Positions 9,211-19,382 of a stretch of 64,000 bases of DNA are shown in pieces (the first letter of the stretch is position 1; every line of letters begins with the position of its first letter). The notes under the pieces were generated by a model. That model was not told the origin of the DNA. It worked only from the letters and a program-made list of their open reading frames with translations, and did not search any database. The stretch spans positions 751-64,750 of the forward strand of contig JACMPD010000258.1 of the NCBI GenBank assembly GCA_014377675.1, given 5' to 3'. The stretch is from Taibaiella sp. (GTDB taxonomy: Bacteria > Bacteroidota > Bacteroidia > Chitinophagales > Chitinophagaceae). The position numbers were made by a program, and so were the translations under genes.

Positions 9211-11310
9211 TTATTGTTTTATCAGCTTTTCAACATGTAGCCTGTTGCCTTTTTGATCATAAACCATAATCATGTAAAGGCCGGCGGGCAAGGTGGAAAT
9301 ATTGATGTCGTTCTGTTTGTTGTATTCAAGCACTACTTTACCTTCCATACCACTTACCGTTACCCTTGCATCAGCAGCACCTTCAACGTGTACCATACTT
9401 GTAGCCGGGTTAGGGTAGATGCTTATTGGAGCAGCGGTTTCAATACTGTTAACAGCCAGGTTGTTAAGGGCGTAGCCATCAGATAGTTTAATACAACCAA
9501 AAGTGTCTGTTACCAATACCCTGTAGCTGCCATTGCTGGTAGCGGTAACCATGCGGGTTGTTGCGCCGGGTATAGTAACCGTATTAAGATACCACTGGTA
9601 AGATCTGTAATAGTTGTAGGTAGTGAATTTAGCACCATTGAATGTAACAAGAGGCGTTGGGGTAGGGTGCACTTCCACATGTATCATATTAGTGGTTATT
9701 GTGCAGCTTCCCGGTATGTTTACGAAGCAGGTATAGTCGCCAGTTGATGTGGCTATATATGTTGTTGAGGTGGCGCCTGGTATATTTATTGTATTCTTTT
9801 TCCACTGAAACTGTACGCCTGTTGCTCCGGAAACAATACTTACCGTCAGCCGTGCTGATCCACCCTGGCAAAATGCAAGGGTATCTGAGGTAGATATTAC
9901 AGGCAGCGTCACTTCAACAACGATAAATGAAGCCGACTGGGTGATGCAGCCTGTGGAGTTAGCGATGCGGACAAAATAAGTGCCGCCGGTAGTCGCAGTA
10001 AAACTTGCACCCGTTTCGCCGGTAAGTGGCGTAGCGCTGGCAGCAGTTGCAGCACTGTCATACCATTGGTAGGTAAGGCCGGTGCCTGTAGCGGTTGATG
10101 TAAGTGTAACGCTGCCGCCTGTGCAGAAAGACAGTGAGCCGGAAGGCGTAACAGCGCCCGAAGCCGCCGGGTTAACAATTATTGTAGTAGCAGGGGGGCC
10201 TAATGGGGAGCAACCAAAACTATTGGTAACTTGTACCCTGTAACGACGGGACTGTCTTGCCGTATAGGTAATATTTGTAGCACCTGGTATAACATAGGGT
10301 GTGGCGTAAGCGCCTGTATCCCACTGATAAGATGCATAGCCCGATGGAGCTGTAAGCACAACACTGTCAAAAGAACAAATTGTTACGGTACCTGAAGGGG
10401 TAGCAACCGGAGCGGTAGGTGTAGGGTTCACGGTAAGCGTAACTGTATCAGTGGCTGTGCAGCCAAAATAATCAGTTACTGTAAAAGTATACACGCCGCT
10501 TGCGGTAGTAGGTATGTTAGGGATTGTTCTGTTACGCAGTGCTGAGGTAAAACCGCCGGGGCCGGCCCAGGCATAACTGGCGTAGTTGCCTCCCGTTGTG
10601 GCGGCTCCTGCTGTTGGGGTGCCTCTAAGCGTCACATTCTGGCCTGAACATGCAGGGTTTGGTGTTGCTACAGGCGCTGTTTGCACTTTGTTTACAAAAC
10701 GTGCTCCTACTAAAGATGAATTATTGATGCGTAATGTGCCTGCTGCTGTACTGGCCCCCCAGCCGTATAACTTAAATGTTGCTGCTGATGATGCGCAAAG
10801 ATGCAGCGGTGCTGTAGGAATAAACCTTAATACAATGGCCGAGCCGAATGTTGTTACAGTGATCGCGGCCCCGAATGCTACATCTGATGCGCCTGTATTG
10901 TACATAAGCTGCACATTGGCAGGGCCTGTAGCACTTACCTGAGACTGTAACACCACGCTGTCAATGCTCAGTTCAGTATTAGCATCTGTAGATACTGTAA
11001 AATAAATGTATGAACTATTGGCCTGTGCCGTGGTTAACGAACCGCCCTGTTCCCAGTTACTGGAATTGTAAGTGGAACCTGATGTAGTGTTAACAAGTGA
11101 GCCGGCTCTGTCCCATTGAGATATATTTACCACTGTTGAGCCAGGTGTTACGCTGGCAGGTAAAGATCCGAAAGTACTTGACCCGCTGGCTGAAGTTCCG
11201 GTAAAACTTGACCATATAATAGGGTTAATGGTCGCCTGCGCCTGCGTTTTTACCGCGCAAAACTGGAATAAAGTCAATAGGGAAAGTACGCTGAATAAAA
11301 CTTTTTTCAT
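9211..11310 (-). CDS. T9SS type A sorting domain protein with Ig-like repeats
   Basis: Signal peptide, YQW-type Ig repeats, 'IYPNPA...AGLYMI...KLIKQ' CTD. Confidence 0.88.
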   Translation of the reverse strand: MKKVLFSVLSLLTLFQFCAVKTQAQATINPIIWSSFTGTSASGSSTFGSLPASVTPGSTVVNISQWDRAGSLVNTTSGSTYNSSNWEQGGSLTTAQANSSYIYFTVSTDANTELSIDSVVLQSQVSATGPANVQLMYNTGASDVAFGAAITVTTFGSAIVLRFIPTAPLHLCASSAATFKLYGWGASTAAGTLRINNSSLVGARFVNKVQTAPVATPNPACSGQNVTLRGTPTAGAATTGGNYASYAWAGPGGFTSALRNRTIPNIPTTASGVYTFTVTDYFGCTATDTVTLTVNPTPTAPVATPSGTVTICSFDSVVLTAPSGYASYQWDTGAYATPYVIPGATNITYTARQSRRYRVQVTNSFGCSPLGPPATTIIVNPAASGAVTPSGSLSFCTGGSVTLTSTATGTGLTYQWYDSAATAASATPLTGETGASFTATTGGTYFVRIANSTGCITQSASFIVVEVTLPVISTSDTLAFCQGGSARLTVSIVSGATGVQFQWKKNTINIPGATSTTYIATSTGDYTCFVNIPGSCTITTNMIHVEVHPTPTPLVTFNGAKFTTYNYYRSYQWYLNTVTIPGATTRMVTATSNGSYRVLVTDTFGCIKLSDGYALNNLAVNSIETAAPISIYPNPATSMVHVEGAADARVTVSGMEGKVVLEYNKQNDINISTLPAGLYMIMVYDQKGNRLHVEKLIKQ

Positions 11311-11537
11311 AGATTATATATTAGCAGCTTTAAAAACAGTGGTTCAATAATTGTTAAAGATAGGGGGTAAAAGTAATAAAAAATCAATTTGTCAGCCTAT
11401 TATTTTTTTGTTGGTCTTTTAGTTAATAATATTTCCCGGCTCATCAGTTGCGGGTTATTGGCTCACGCACCCTTTATTTGATTGCACTTACGTATTGCTA
11501 ATTTTTAACTGCTATTATTTTGCATTTGCAGTGTTGG

Positions 11538-11580
11538 TTAAAAGCATGAAGCGGGCAATTTGCCCGCTTCATGCTTTTAA
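11538..11580 (-). terminator. Long perfect hairpin; terminator of clpP (possibly bidirectional)
   Basis: 21-bp perfect arms TTAAAAGCATGAAGCGGGCAA / TTGCCCGCTTCATGCTTTTAA, 10 nt after the clpP stop. Confidence 0.85.
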
Positions 11581-11590
11581 TGCTCAGTAT

Positions 11591-12295
11591 TTATTTTGCT
11601 TCTTCAGTCTTACGCGGGTTGCGCTCCAGCACCTCATCAACCATACCATATTCTTTTGCTTCAGCTGCCGTCATCCAGTAGTCACGATCGCTGTCAGCTG
11701 CTACCTTCTCATAAGGCTGGCCTGAATGGTAGGCGATAATGTCATATAGTTCTTTTTTTAGCTTGCCTATTTCCCTTGCCGTAATTTCAATATCGCTTGC
11801 CTGCCCTTCAGCGCCGCCTAATGGCTGGTGTATCATCACCCTGCTGTGTTTTAGTGCGGTGCGTTTGCCTTTACTGCCGGCGCACATCAGCACCGCAGCC
11901 ATAGATGCGGCTATCCCGGTGCATATGGTGCTTACGTCAGGTGTTATAATCTGCATGGTGTCATAGATACCTAAGCCCGCGTATACGCTGCCGCCAGGGC
12001 TGTTCAGGTACATTTGTATATCACGGGTACGGTCGGTGCTTTCCAGGAACAGCAACTGTGCTGTTACTATATTGGCTACATAATCATTAATGCCTTCACC
12101 CAGGAAAATGATTCTGTCCATCATAAGGCGGGAAAACACATCCATTGACGCAACATTCATAGGGCGCTCTTCTATAATGTATGGAGTTAATGCGGTTGGC
12201 ATTCGTGCAGTCATCGAAGAAGTATAACTGTCAACAGTTAAGCTACTGATGCCGTGGTGCTTTATAGCGTACTTGCGAAATTCATTCTGATTCAT
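11591..12295 (-). CDS. clpP: ATP-dependent Clp protease proteolytic subunit
   Basis: DVFSRLMMDRIIFL, NSPGGSV, AASMAA (catalytic Ser), MIHQPLGG (His), RDYWMTA. Confidence 0.97.
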   Translation of the reverse strand: MNQNEFRKYAIKHHGISSLTVDSYTSSMTARMPTALTPYIIEERPMNVASMDVFSRLMMDRIIFLGEGINDYVANIVTAQLLFLESTDRTRDIQMYLNSPGGSVYAGLGIYDTMQIITPDVSTICTGIAASMAAVLMCAGSKGKRTALKHSRVMIHQPLGGAEGQASDIEITAREIGKLKKELYDIIAYHSGQPYEKVAADSDRDYWMTAAEAKEYGMVDEVLERNPRKTEEAK

Positions 12296-12424
12296 AGAAA
12301 ACTTTGTTTTTATGATTGTTGCAATTTTTAATCCACACTAAAATTAATGTCATTACGGCATAAAACCATTTTTTTTTTGCAGCGGTAAGACTATTTGGCA
12401 ATTTTCTCAAATAGGAATAATCTT

Positions 12425-13279
12425 TTACTTTCCATAAACTCCCAGCCAATTACCATCTACAGCCTCAGCCGGTGACGGGATAAATATATTCTCATTTTCT
12501 TTTATCAGGTAAACTTTATAGCCAGAGGAAGTTAATTTTTCGTGCAGTACTTTCATATCAAGGCAATATTGGTCAGCCTCAGTAAATATTAAAGGTCTGA
12601 ATTTGGAGATGGTAGCAGCTGCACCGTTGAAAAGGTCGATTTCAGCGCCTTGTATATCCATTTTTATAAAATCTACCTTTGAAACGTTATGTTTGGCTAC
12701 AAAAGCGTCCAGTGTCATTTGCGGAACACTTATTTTACGAGTATCTTTATTAGATATATATTTGCTTGACATGCCGGGATTACAAAAACCTTTCGTATAT
12801 ATATTAAAATAGATAATTTCATTGCTTTCGCCCAATGCTATATCGTGAATATCAACATTTTTCAACTCATTGATGGCAAGGTTCATTTTGAGGCGCTCAA
12901 AAATGAAAGGATTTGGCTCAAAGCCATATACCTTTCCTGTGTCACCAACGAGGCGGGAAAGCAGTAATGTTTCACTGCCCAGGTTAGCGCCTGCCTCTAT
13001 TACCACGTCACCAGGATTTATATATTTTTTTATAATCTTGTTGGTTGAAGATTCGTATTCGCCGTAAAAAAATATTTTCCAGCCAATAATATCTTTAGTA
13101 TTTATAAAGCAAACAAGGCCATCGTTTTGGAGCGGTGCTACCAGGTCAATGCCATGTATATCATCAGCTTCATAATTATACAGGGCTTTTAGCGCCCTGA
13201 ATTTTAGCCGCTCCGGCAGATAGGAAACTATTTTTTTTGTTTTGCTCAGCCTGTTTAATTCTGAATGAAATCCCGCCAT
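12425..13279 (-). CDS. FkbM family methyltransferase
   Basis: VIEAGANLG, GFEPNP, TLD, IKMDIQGAE motifs; ATG at 13279 preferred over the upstream TTG. Confidence 0.9.
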   Translation of the reverse strand: MAGFHSELNRLSKTKKIVSYLPERLKFRALKALYNYEADDIHGIDLVAPLQNDGLVCFINTKDIIGWKIFFYGEYESSTNKIIKKYINPGDVVIEAGANLGSETLLLSRLVGDTGKVYGFEPNPFIFERLKMNLAINELKNVDIHDIALGESNEIIYFNIYTKGFCNPGMSSKYISNKDTRKISVPQMTLDAFVAKHNVSKVDFIKMDIQGAEIDLFNGAAATISKFRPLIFTEADQYCLDMKVLHEKLTSSGYKVYLIKENENIFIPSPAEAVDGNWLGVYGK

Positions 13280-13417
13280 GTGATGTTTTTTGAGGAGTGT
13301 ATTAATTGCTCTAAGTAACAAAAATAAACCGCCATTGCATATTAAATGATAATAAATTTTCCACGCGATGATTTGTTCTTTAAACCCGTGCCGTATAGGC
13401 GAACAAAACTTCAAGGG

Positions 13418-16400
13418 CTACTTTATTTCAGTTTGTATTTTATATAGTTGTTCCCGCTCATGGTTTACGGGAATGCCGAGTGCCTCGTATATATAGTCTT
13501 GTGTCAATGTTCGTACGTTTTCTTTATTGATCTTCGTGTTGGCGGCTGAAGGGTATACCCTGTTGCTCAGGAAAACGAATACAATGCCGGTTGCAGGGTC
13601 ACCCCAGGCGCAGGTACCGGTAAAGCCCTGATGCCCAAACGCCCTGCCGCTGGTTCTGGCACCTGCGGGGCCGCCGTCGTCAGCTCCGGTAGCGGGCTTG
13701 TCAAAGCCTAACCCCCGGTGACTTATGGCACTGTTGTATGCTGTGAAAAGTTCTACTGTCGGTGCTTTAAAATATCTGGTTTTATTATACACGCCTTTAT
13801 TGAGCAGCATCTGGAAGATAACTGCCACATCATGCGCGGAGGCAAACAGGCCTGCATGGCCCGCCACACCGCCCATCATAGCGGCACCGGGGTCATGTAC
13901 ATAGCCATGTACCAGCTGATTGCGGAAGCCGAAATCCATCTCGGTGGGGGCTATCTCCATGGTGTCAAACCTGCGCAATGGGTTATACAGTATACGTTTC
14001 AGCCCGAGGGGTTTATAAAACTGCTCTTCCGCGTATACATCTATCGGCTTGCCTGTTACCTGCTGCACTACGGCTGCAAGAAGAATGAAATCAAGGTCGC
14101 TGTACAAAAATTTGCCTTTGTTGTCTACCGGGCTTTTCAATATTCTGGCCCATAGCGTATCGGCGTAGTCGGTGCGCAAATACAGTTTTTCCGCAACGGG
14201 TATGTTAAATTCTTCAGACCTGTTTTTTCTGTAAAGGGTCTTTTTCGGTTTTTCTTTGTCGTTTAAAGTTTCTTTGTAGAAGGGTATCCAGCCTTTAAGC
14301 CCTGCCTGGTGCAGCAATATGTCTTTTATAACCAGGCCGGCTTTATCAGTGCCCCGTGTAAGGGGCAGGTAGTCGCCCAGTGTTTTATCGAGGTTAAGTT
14401 TTCCTTCTTCATATAGGCGCATGATTGATATATTAGTGGCCAGCACTTTGGTGCAGGAAGCCATGTCATACAGGGTATTGGTATCAACCGGCAGCTGTTT
14501 ATCATAAATAAGGTTGCCAAACGCTTTATCAAAGAACACTTTTCCGTCTTTGGCGGCCAGTACCCGGCAACCCGGGAAAACACCGTCAGCCACACAACGC
14601 TGTATAAACAGATCAAGCCTGTCAAGTGCTGCCACGTCAATAACTCCGGCATCAGCAGGGTAAAGGGTTTTTACAAGGTCTTTGGGTACTTCCTTTACTT
14701 GTTCCTTAGCCTTCTCTATCATTACAAAGGGTGCCGGGCATACGCTTTTGCCGTTTATGCAGGCTGTTACAGGCAGTTTTCCCTTCGGTTTTATATTCTT
14801 AAGCAACACATCGGCAGTTATCACTTCGGTAAGGCTGTCATCTTCATAGCTTACTATTATAGAGGGGCTACCGCAAAAGTATTGTGTGGCGTATGCATTG
14901 CCCATCAGCACCATCATTACATTGGTTTTGCTCCCCGCCTGCTGCAGGAAGTTGACCGCCTCTTCGCTCATGCCATAGTTATTACCAGGCGCGAAGTTGA
15001 GGTTATGTATACCCACTATTACAGCATCAAACGCAGATATGCCGGCCAGCAGGTTGCGGCAGGCATCGGCTGAGCCACCTTTCGGCAGCCAGCTCGCTTT
15101 TATATTAGGAAATTTATCTTTCAATACTTCGAATACAGGCGTGGTTTTGTCGGCATTGACACCTATGTAGCATACGCTCATTTTTTCGTTCAGCTTGTTC
15201 AGTATCTGATTGTCGTCGCTTACGAGGGTTATTGCCTCACGGGCGGCGGTGCGCCTGATAGTGTCAATTGATTTATTAAGGTCAACTGTTATGTTAGTAG
15301 TGTCAATATCCTGCCAGGTAGCCAGGCCTGCGTCATATTTTGCGGCCAGTATCTTGCGCACGCTTCGCTCAAGGGCTATCATGGGCAGCCGGTTGCTGTC
15401 AAGTGCATTTTTTATTTTGGCTGTGGCCGCCGGTACATCTTGCGAGAACAGCAATATATCATTCCCTGCTGCAAAAGCCCTGAGGTCAGCCTCGCCTGCG
15501 GGGAAGTACTTGGTAACGCCCACCATAGCCAGCGCATCTGTTATGCATAGGCCGTTGAAACCCAGTTTGTCTTTAAGCAGGCCGGTTACCGTGTTTCTTG
15601 ACAGGGTTGTAGGCACATGCGCGGCGGTGTCCAATGCCGGCACTTCCAGGTGGGCTACCATTACGCTCTTCACCCCTGCGGCTATCAGCTGCCTGAAGGG
15701 GTAGAGCTCCATGGTATCCAGCTGCTCTACCGATTTTACAATCAGCGGCAGGTCTTTGTGCGAATCGGTATTGGTATCGCCGTGGCCGGGAAAGTGTTTG
15801 GCGCAGGCTATAACGCCGGCTTTTTGCAGCCCGCGCATAAACGCCTTACCCAAGGCTGCTACCCAGTGTTTGTCTTCACCGAAGGAGCGGGAGTTGATAA
15901 CAGGGTTGGCGGCATTGTTATTCACATCTACGTCAGGCGCAAAGTCAATGTGAACGCCCAGCCGTTTGCATTGGGCGCCTATTGCGGCGCCCATTCGGTA
16001 CACCAGCCCGGTATCGCGGGCGGCGCCCAGCATCATTTGCCGGGGGAAATTTCGTACACTGTCCAGCCGCATACCCAGGCCCCACTCAGCGTCCATGCTT
16101 ATCAGTAACGGTACATGTGTGCGTTTTTGGTATTTGTTGGTGAGCATTGCCTGGCGTACAGGGCCTCCCTGCATAAAAATAAGCCCGCCTATATGCTGGC
16201 TGTCTATTAGTTTGGTAATCAGCTCTTCGTTAAAATTTTTGCCGCCCGAGTAAGCCGCTATCATAAAAAGTTGCCCTATCCGGTCTTCTACGGAAAGAGA
16301 ATTGTAAACGCTATCCACCCAACGCTTTTTAGGGCTGGTTTTTTCGCGGTCTTTAGCAGCGGGCGATGCAGTAGAAATATTGATATGCAGTAGTAAAATA

Positions 16401-16432
16401 CTCAGCAGTGTTAGCGGCAGGCGCATGTTCAT
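13418..16432 (-). CDS. GH3 beta-N-acetylglucosaminidase fused to C-terminal beta-lactamase-like serine hydrolase
   Basis: DAEWG, RSFGED, KHFPGHGDTxxDSH (NagZ-type); C-terminal ASCTK (SxxK), LLHQAGL, YSD, GHQGFTG. Confidence 0.92.
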   Translation of the reverse strand: MNMRLPLTLLSILLLHINISTASPAAKDREKTSPKKRWVDSVYNSLSVEDRIGQLFMIAAYSGGKNFNEELITKLIDSQHIGGLIFMQGGPVRQAMLTNKYQKRTHVPLLISMDAEWGLGMRLDSVRNFPRQMMLGAARDTGLVYRMGAAIGAQCKRLGVHIDFAPDVDVNNNAANPVINSRSFGEDKHWVAALGKAFMRGLQKAGVIACAKHFPGHGDTNTDSHKDLPLIVKSVEQLDTMELYPFRQLIAAGVKSVMVAHLEVPALDTAAHVPTTLSRNTVTGLLKDKLGFNGLCITDALAMVGVTKYFPAGEADLRAFAAGNDILLFSQDVPAATAKIKNALDSNRLPMIALERSVRKILAAKYDAGLATWQDIDTTNITVDLNKSIDTIRRTAAREAITLVSDDNQILNKLNEKMSVCYIGVNADKTTPVFEVLKDKFPNIKASWLPKGGSADACRNLLAGISAFDAVIVGIHNLNFAPGNNYGMSEEAVNFLQQAGSKTNVMMVLMGNAYATQYFCGSPSIIVSYEDDSLTEVITADVLLKNIKPKGKLPVTACINGKSVCPAPFVMIEKAKEQVKEVPKDLVKTLYPADAGVIDVAALDRLDLFIQRCVADGVFPGCRVLAAKDGKVFFDKAFGNLIYDKQLPVDTNTLYDMASCTKVLATNISIMRLYEEGKLNLDKTLGDYLPLTRGTDKAGLVIKDILLHQAGLKGWIPFYKETLNDKEKPKKTLYRKNRSEEFNIPVAEKLYLRTDYADTLWARILKSPVDNKGKFLYSDLDFILLAAVVQQVTGKPIDVYAEEQFYKPLGLKRILYNPLRRFDTMEIAPTEMDFGFRNQLVHGYVHDPGAAMMGGVAGHAGLFASAHDVAVIFQMLLNKGVYNKTRYFKAPTVELFTAYNSAISHRGLGFDKPATGADDGGPAGARTSGRAFGHQGFTGTCAWGDPATGIVFVFLSNRVYPSAANTKINKENVRTLTQDYIYEALGIPVNHEREQLYKIQTEIK

Positions 16433-16505
16433 ACTGACAAAAATAAATGTATTTACAACAATTGAGGGCTAATATTTATGAGCTGGCTCAAATTACCTGA
16501 ACTGC

Positions 16506-16910
16506 CTACCGGCCGGTATCCCGGCTGTTAAATTGCCCTGCAATTTTAATAAAAATAGAAAAGACTAGGAAGGGAAGCGGGCCCTCAAACAAATTTCTTG
16601 TTTCCGCTATTATCGCTTTCAGCTTGGCCATCATGTTGTGGTGCATGGCTGCATCAACTATGGCGAGTAATAAAATTATCATGAAAACACCTGCATAAAG
16701 CCCCACCCAAAGTAACCTCAGCCATTTTTCTTTTTCCCGCCAGTTAAGGTAACCTATAAAGCAGGTTGCGGCTAGTACAGCCATGTGCACGCCCTGGCTG
16801 ATATATGGCCCGGCTGTGCCCCTGTTTTTGATGCTGGAATAGTGTATATCTGCCCAGCTGATGAGTAAAATAATAATTAAAGATAGTATGAAACGAATAT
16901 TACGCCGCAT
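16506..16910 (-). CDS. membrane protein, probable exosortase-system-associated protein
   Basis: 134 aa with about 4 TM segments; overlaps the 3' end of the exosortase gene. Confidence 0.6.
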   Translation of the reverse strand: MRRNIRFILSLIIILLISWADIHYSSIKNRGTAGPYISQGVHMAVLAATCFIGYLNWREKEKWLRLLWVGLYAGVFMIILLLAIVDAAMHHNMMAKLKAIIAETRNLFEGPLPFLVFSIFIKIAGQFNSRDTGR

Positions 16911-17448
16911 GATTCATTCCTTTTTTGGTGTACAATGCCCAAACATGAAATACCAAAAGGTAAAGCGCTGTAGTAAATATATAATGATGGCTTATCTCCA
17001 CCCAGCCCCGGTAGTTCATGTTAAGCCACGCTATCATTACGCAACGCACGGTATTGAGCGCAAAAATGTAGGGAACCCCCAGCGCGATAAAAAGCAACCG
17101 CCTCTTCCAGTTACCAGGGAAACAGAATAAAAAAGAAACGTACAGTACATAGATATCCAGCGCGTTGCAGGGGTCAGCTACACCTATTATTTTCGCGCCG
17201 TTTATTTTTATAAGGGCGAGCCTTGTGCTGTTCGTTAAAGCGTATACATGCTCTACATTGTAGTAGAATACTGAAAGCAGCTTTGAAGTGGAAAAAGCTG
17301 TGATGTTCGTCAGGAACCGGTCAGGTATCCTTGCGGGCAATAAAATGAAGTTATAGAGAACCTGCCATGTAATAAATATCGCGAATGCCCTGAGAATAAA
17401 AAATTTAATCACACCCGGCACTTTATCGAACCACACCTTTATGCTCAC
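16900..17448 (-). CDS. exosortase/archaeosortase family protein (XrtF/XrtX-like)
   Basis: Multi-TM 182 aa with Cys (VADPCNAL), Arg (LNTVRC) and His (SHHYIF) catalytic triad. Confidence 0.85.
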   Translation of the reverse strand: MSIKVWFDKVPGVIKFFILRAFAIFITWQVLYNFILLPARIPDRFLTNITAFSTSKLLSVFYYNVEHVYALTNSTRLALIKINGAKIIGVADPCNALDIYVLYVSFLFCFPGNWKRRLLFIALGVPYIFALNTVRCVMIAWLNMNYRGWVEISHHYIFTTALYLLVFHVWALYTKKGMNHAA

Positions 17449-17522
17449 TTGCTACACATTTATTATTACACATTTATTATAATAAGACAAATAGCCGCCA
17501 CGCGCCTGAGGTAAGTTGAAAA

Positions 17523-17984
17523 TTAATATTTCATTTCCCTTGCGCTTACATTGCAACTGCACTCATCAGGCTCCTGTATGTAGCTTTTCAACGGGCCGTC
17601 AACCGCGAAAGTAACATCGCTGTTATCTTCATATACTATTTTGGTGATAGCCCAGTGCAGCTTATTCTTAACACATATAAACAGATAGCCGATATCCTGC
17701 TTTTCTACTTGGTCACCCTCTATTATCGCCTCTTTGGTTACTACTTTTTGGTAAAGTGGTGAGTAGTACTGATAGTATACACTTTTAATACGCATGTCAG
17801 TATTATTCTTGATTTTCACCTTGTACAGTTCCTTTGAGCAAGACTCGCATGAAAAACATTCTTTTGTATAAGAGCAGAGGAAAAAATACTTTTTATGGTT
17901 ATTGTAGTTATTATCTTCAGCGCGGGCTATAGAAAATGAAAGAAACAGCGATGTAAAAATAAACAGGAAAAAACGGCCAGCCAT
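17523..17984 (-). CDS. hypothetical exported Cys-rich protein
   Basis: Signal peptide from MAGRFFLFIF...ARA; CSYTKECFSCESC and ECSC motifs. Confidence 0.7.
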   Translation of the reverse strand: MAGRFFLFIFTSLFLSFSIARAEDNNYNNHKKYFFLCSYTKECFSCESCSKELYKVKIKNNTDMRIKSVYYQYYSPLYQKVVTKEAIIEGDQVEKQDIGYLFICVKNKLHWAITKIVYEDNSDVTFAVDGPLKSYIQEPDECSCNVSAREMKY

Positions 17985-18158
17985 AGGTTTTTGATGGTTT
18001 TTAGTACACGTTAGCACGAAACTCTTGCAAATATATAACTTGGCGAATATAAAAGTACAGGTTTTGGTATAATTATATGCAGCCGCCGCAAAACGAACTA
18101 TGTTAGCTGCCGCCATTATTATATAAATGCCTTACTTTTGGTTTTGATAACCTCTTAC

Positions 18159-19382
18159 TTGAACCTCCCCTTTTTCATAGCGCGCCGTTACCTGGCCAAC
18201 CAGAAAGGTACTTTCTCCTTTATAATAAGGCTGGCAGTACTGGCTACAGCACTTAGCATAGCGGTGATGTTGATAGCGCTGGCCGTGGTAACAGGTTTTG
18301 AGTCTGTTGTAAAAGAAAAATTATATAACTTCATGGGGCACGTGCATGTCTCATCTTTTGACCCGGTAAGGTCTAACAGCCGCACCGCGCCGCCTATCTA
18401 CCTTGATCAGCAACTTGTGGCTGATATAGCCAGGATACCGCATGTAGTACAAGTTACGCCCTTCGCCCAGCGCCCGGTAATACTGCAGGCTCGCGGGCGC
18501 ATGGAGGGGATAGCGCTCAAAGGAGTAGATAAAAATTACCATTTCCCGCCGGGTATCAGCGTGGAAGGGCGTACGGTACAGTACCCGGATTCCGGCTATT
18601 CCAGGCAAGTACTGCTCTCTGAAAAAACAGCCTCGCGGCTTGATGTGCGGGCGGGTGATACGGTGCAGCTTCAGTTTATAGATGCGGAAGCAGTGCCCCG
18701 TCTCCGCAGGGTTGTTATCGCCGGCCTGTATCACAGCGGCCTTGATGAGGTAGATAAATATTATGCAATTTGTGACATAAGGTTGCTGCAACGCCTCAAC
18801 AACTGGTCAGCGGACAGCATTAACGCCTACCAGGTTGATCTTGACAATGAGCGGTTCGCTGATACTGTTTCCAATTACATACATTACAAACTGATAAAAG
18901 CGCCGCTGGAATCAAATACAACGGTTGAAAACTACCCTAATATATTTGACTGGCTGCACCTGCAGGCATTGGACAGCAGCATATTGCTTATTATAATGGC
19001 TATAGTGTCCATAATAAATATGGCGGCAGTATTGCTGATATTAATGGTGGATCGTGCGCCAATGATTGGCCTGTTGAAGACAATGGGGATGACCTTTAAA
19101 GATACGGTAGCTGTTTTTTTGAATATTGGCGGCCTTATAGGTGGCGCAGGCATTCTACTGGGCAATATAATAGCGGGGCTGCTCTGTTTCATTCAGTTGA
19201 AATTTAAAGTAATAACCCTGCCTGAAGAGACCTATTTTATGAAATATGCCCCGTTGAAAGTAGTTTGGTGGCATGTGGCGGTTACTGACATAACAGCCTT
19301 GTTTTTATTCGTGGTGTGTATGTGGCTACCTGCCCTGTATATCCGCACTATACAACCCGCAAAAGTGCTTCAGTTTAAATAA
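18159..19382 (+). CDS. LolC/E-like (FtsX/MacB family) ABC transporter permease
   Basis: N-terminal FFIARRY, large periplasmic loop, IGLLKTMG, PAKVLQFK end; TTG start inferred. Confidence 0.88.
   Translation: MNLPFFIARRYLANQKGTFSFIIRLAVLATALSIAVMLIALAVVTGFESVVKEKLYNFMGHVHVSSFDPVRSNSRTAPPIYLDQQLVADIARIPHVVQVTPFAQRPVILQARGRMEGIALKGVDKNYHFPPGISVEGRTVQYPDSGYSRQVLLSEKTASRLDVRAGDTVQLQFIDAEAVPRLRRVVIAGLYHSGLDEVDKYYAICDIRLLQRLNNWSADSINAYQVDLDNERFADTVSNYIHYKLIKAPLESNTTVENYPNIFDWLHLQALDSSILLIIMAIVSIINMAAVLLILMVDRAPMIGLLKTMGMTFKDTVAVFLNIGGLIGGAGILLGNIIAGLLCFIQLKFKVITLPEETYFMKYAPLKVVWWHVAVTDITALFLFVVCMWLPALYIRTIQPAKVLQFK

Noticed and set aside
171-10942. Many antisense ORFs with repeated 'MVAVP...VTTP...QVPP' text
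   Set aside because: They are mirror products of the Thr/Gly/Ser/Val-rich Ig repeats on the opposite strand, with no independent coding evidence.
13418-16432. GH3 plus beta-lactamase-like fusion as a novel or resistance gene
   Set aside because: This is a common Bacteroidota architecture linked to peptidoglycan/GlcNAc turnover and is not evidence of antibiotic resistance.
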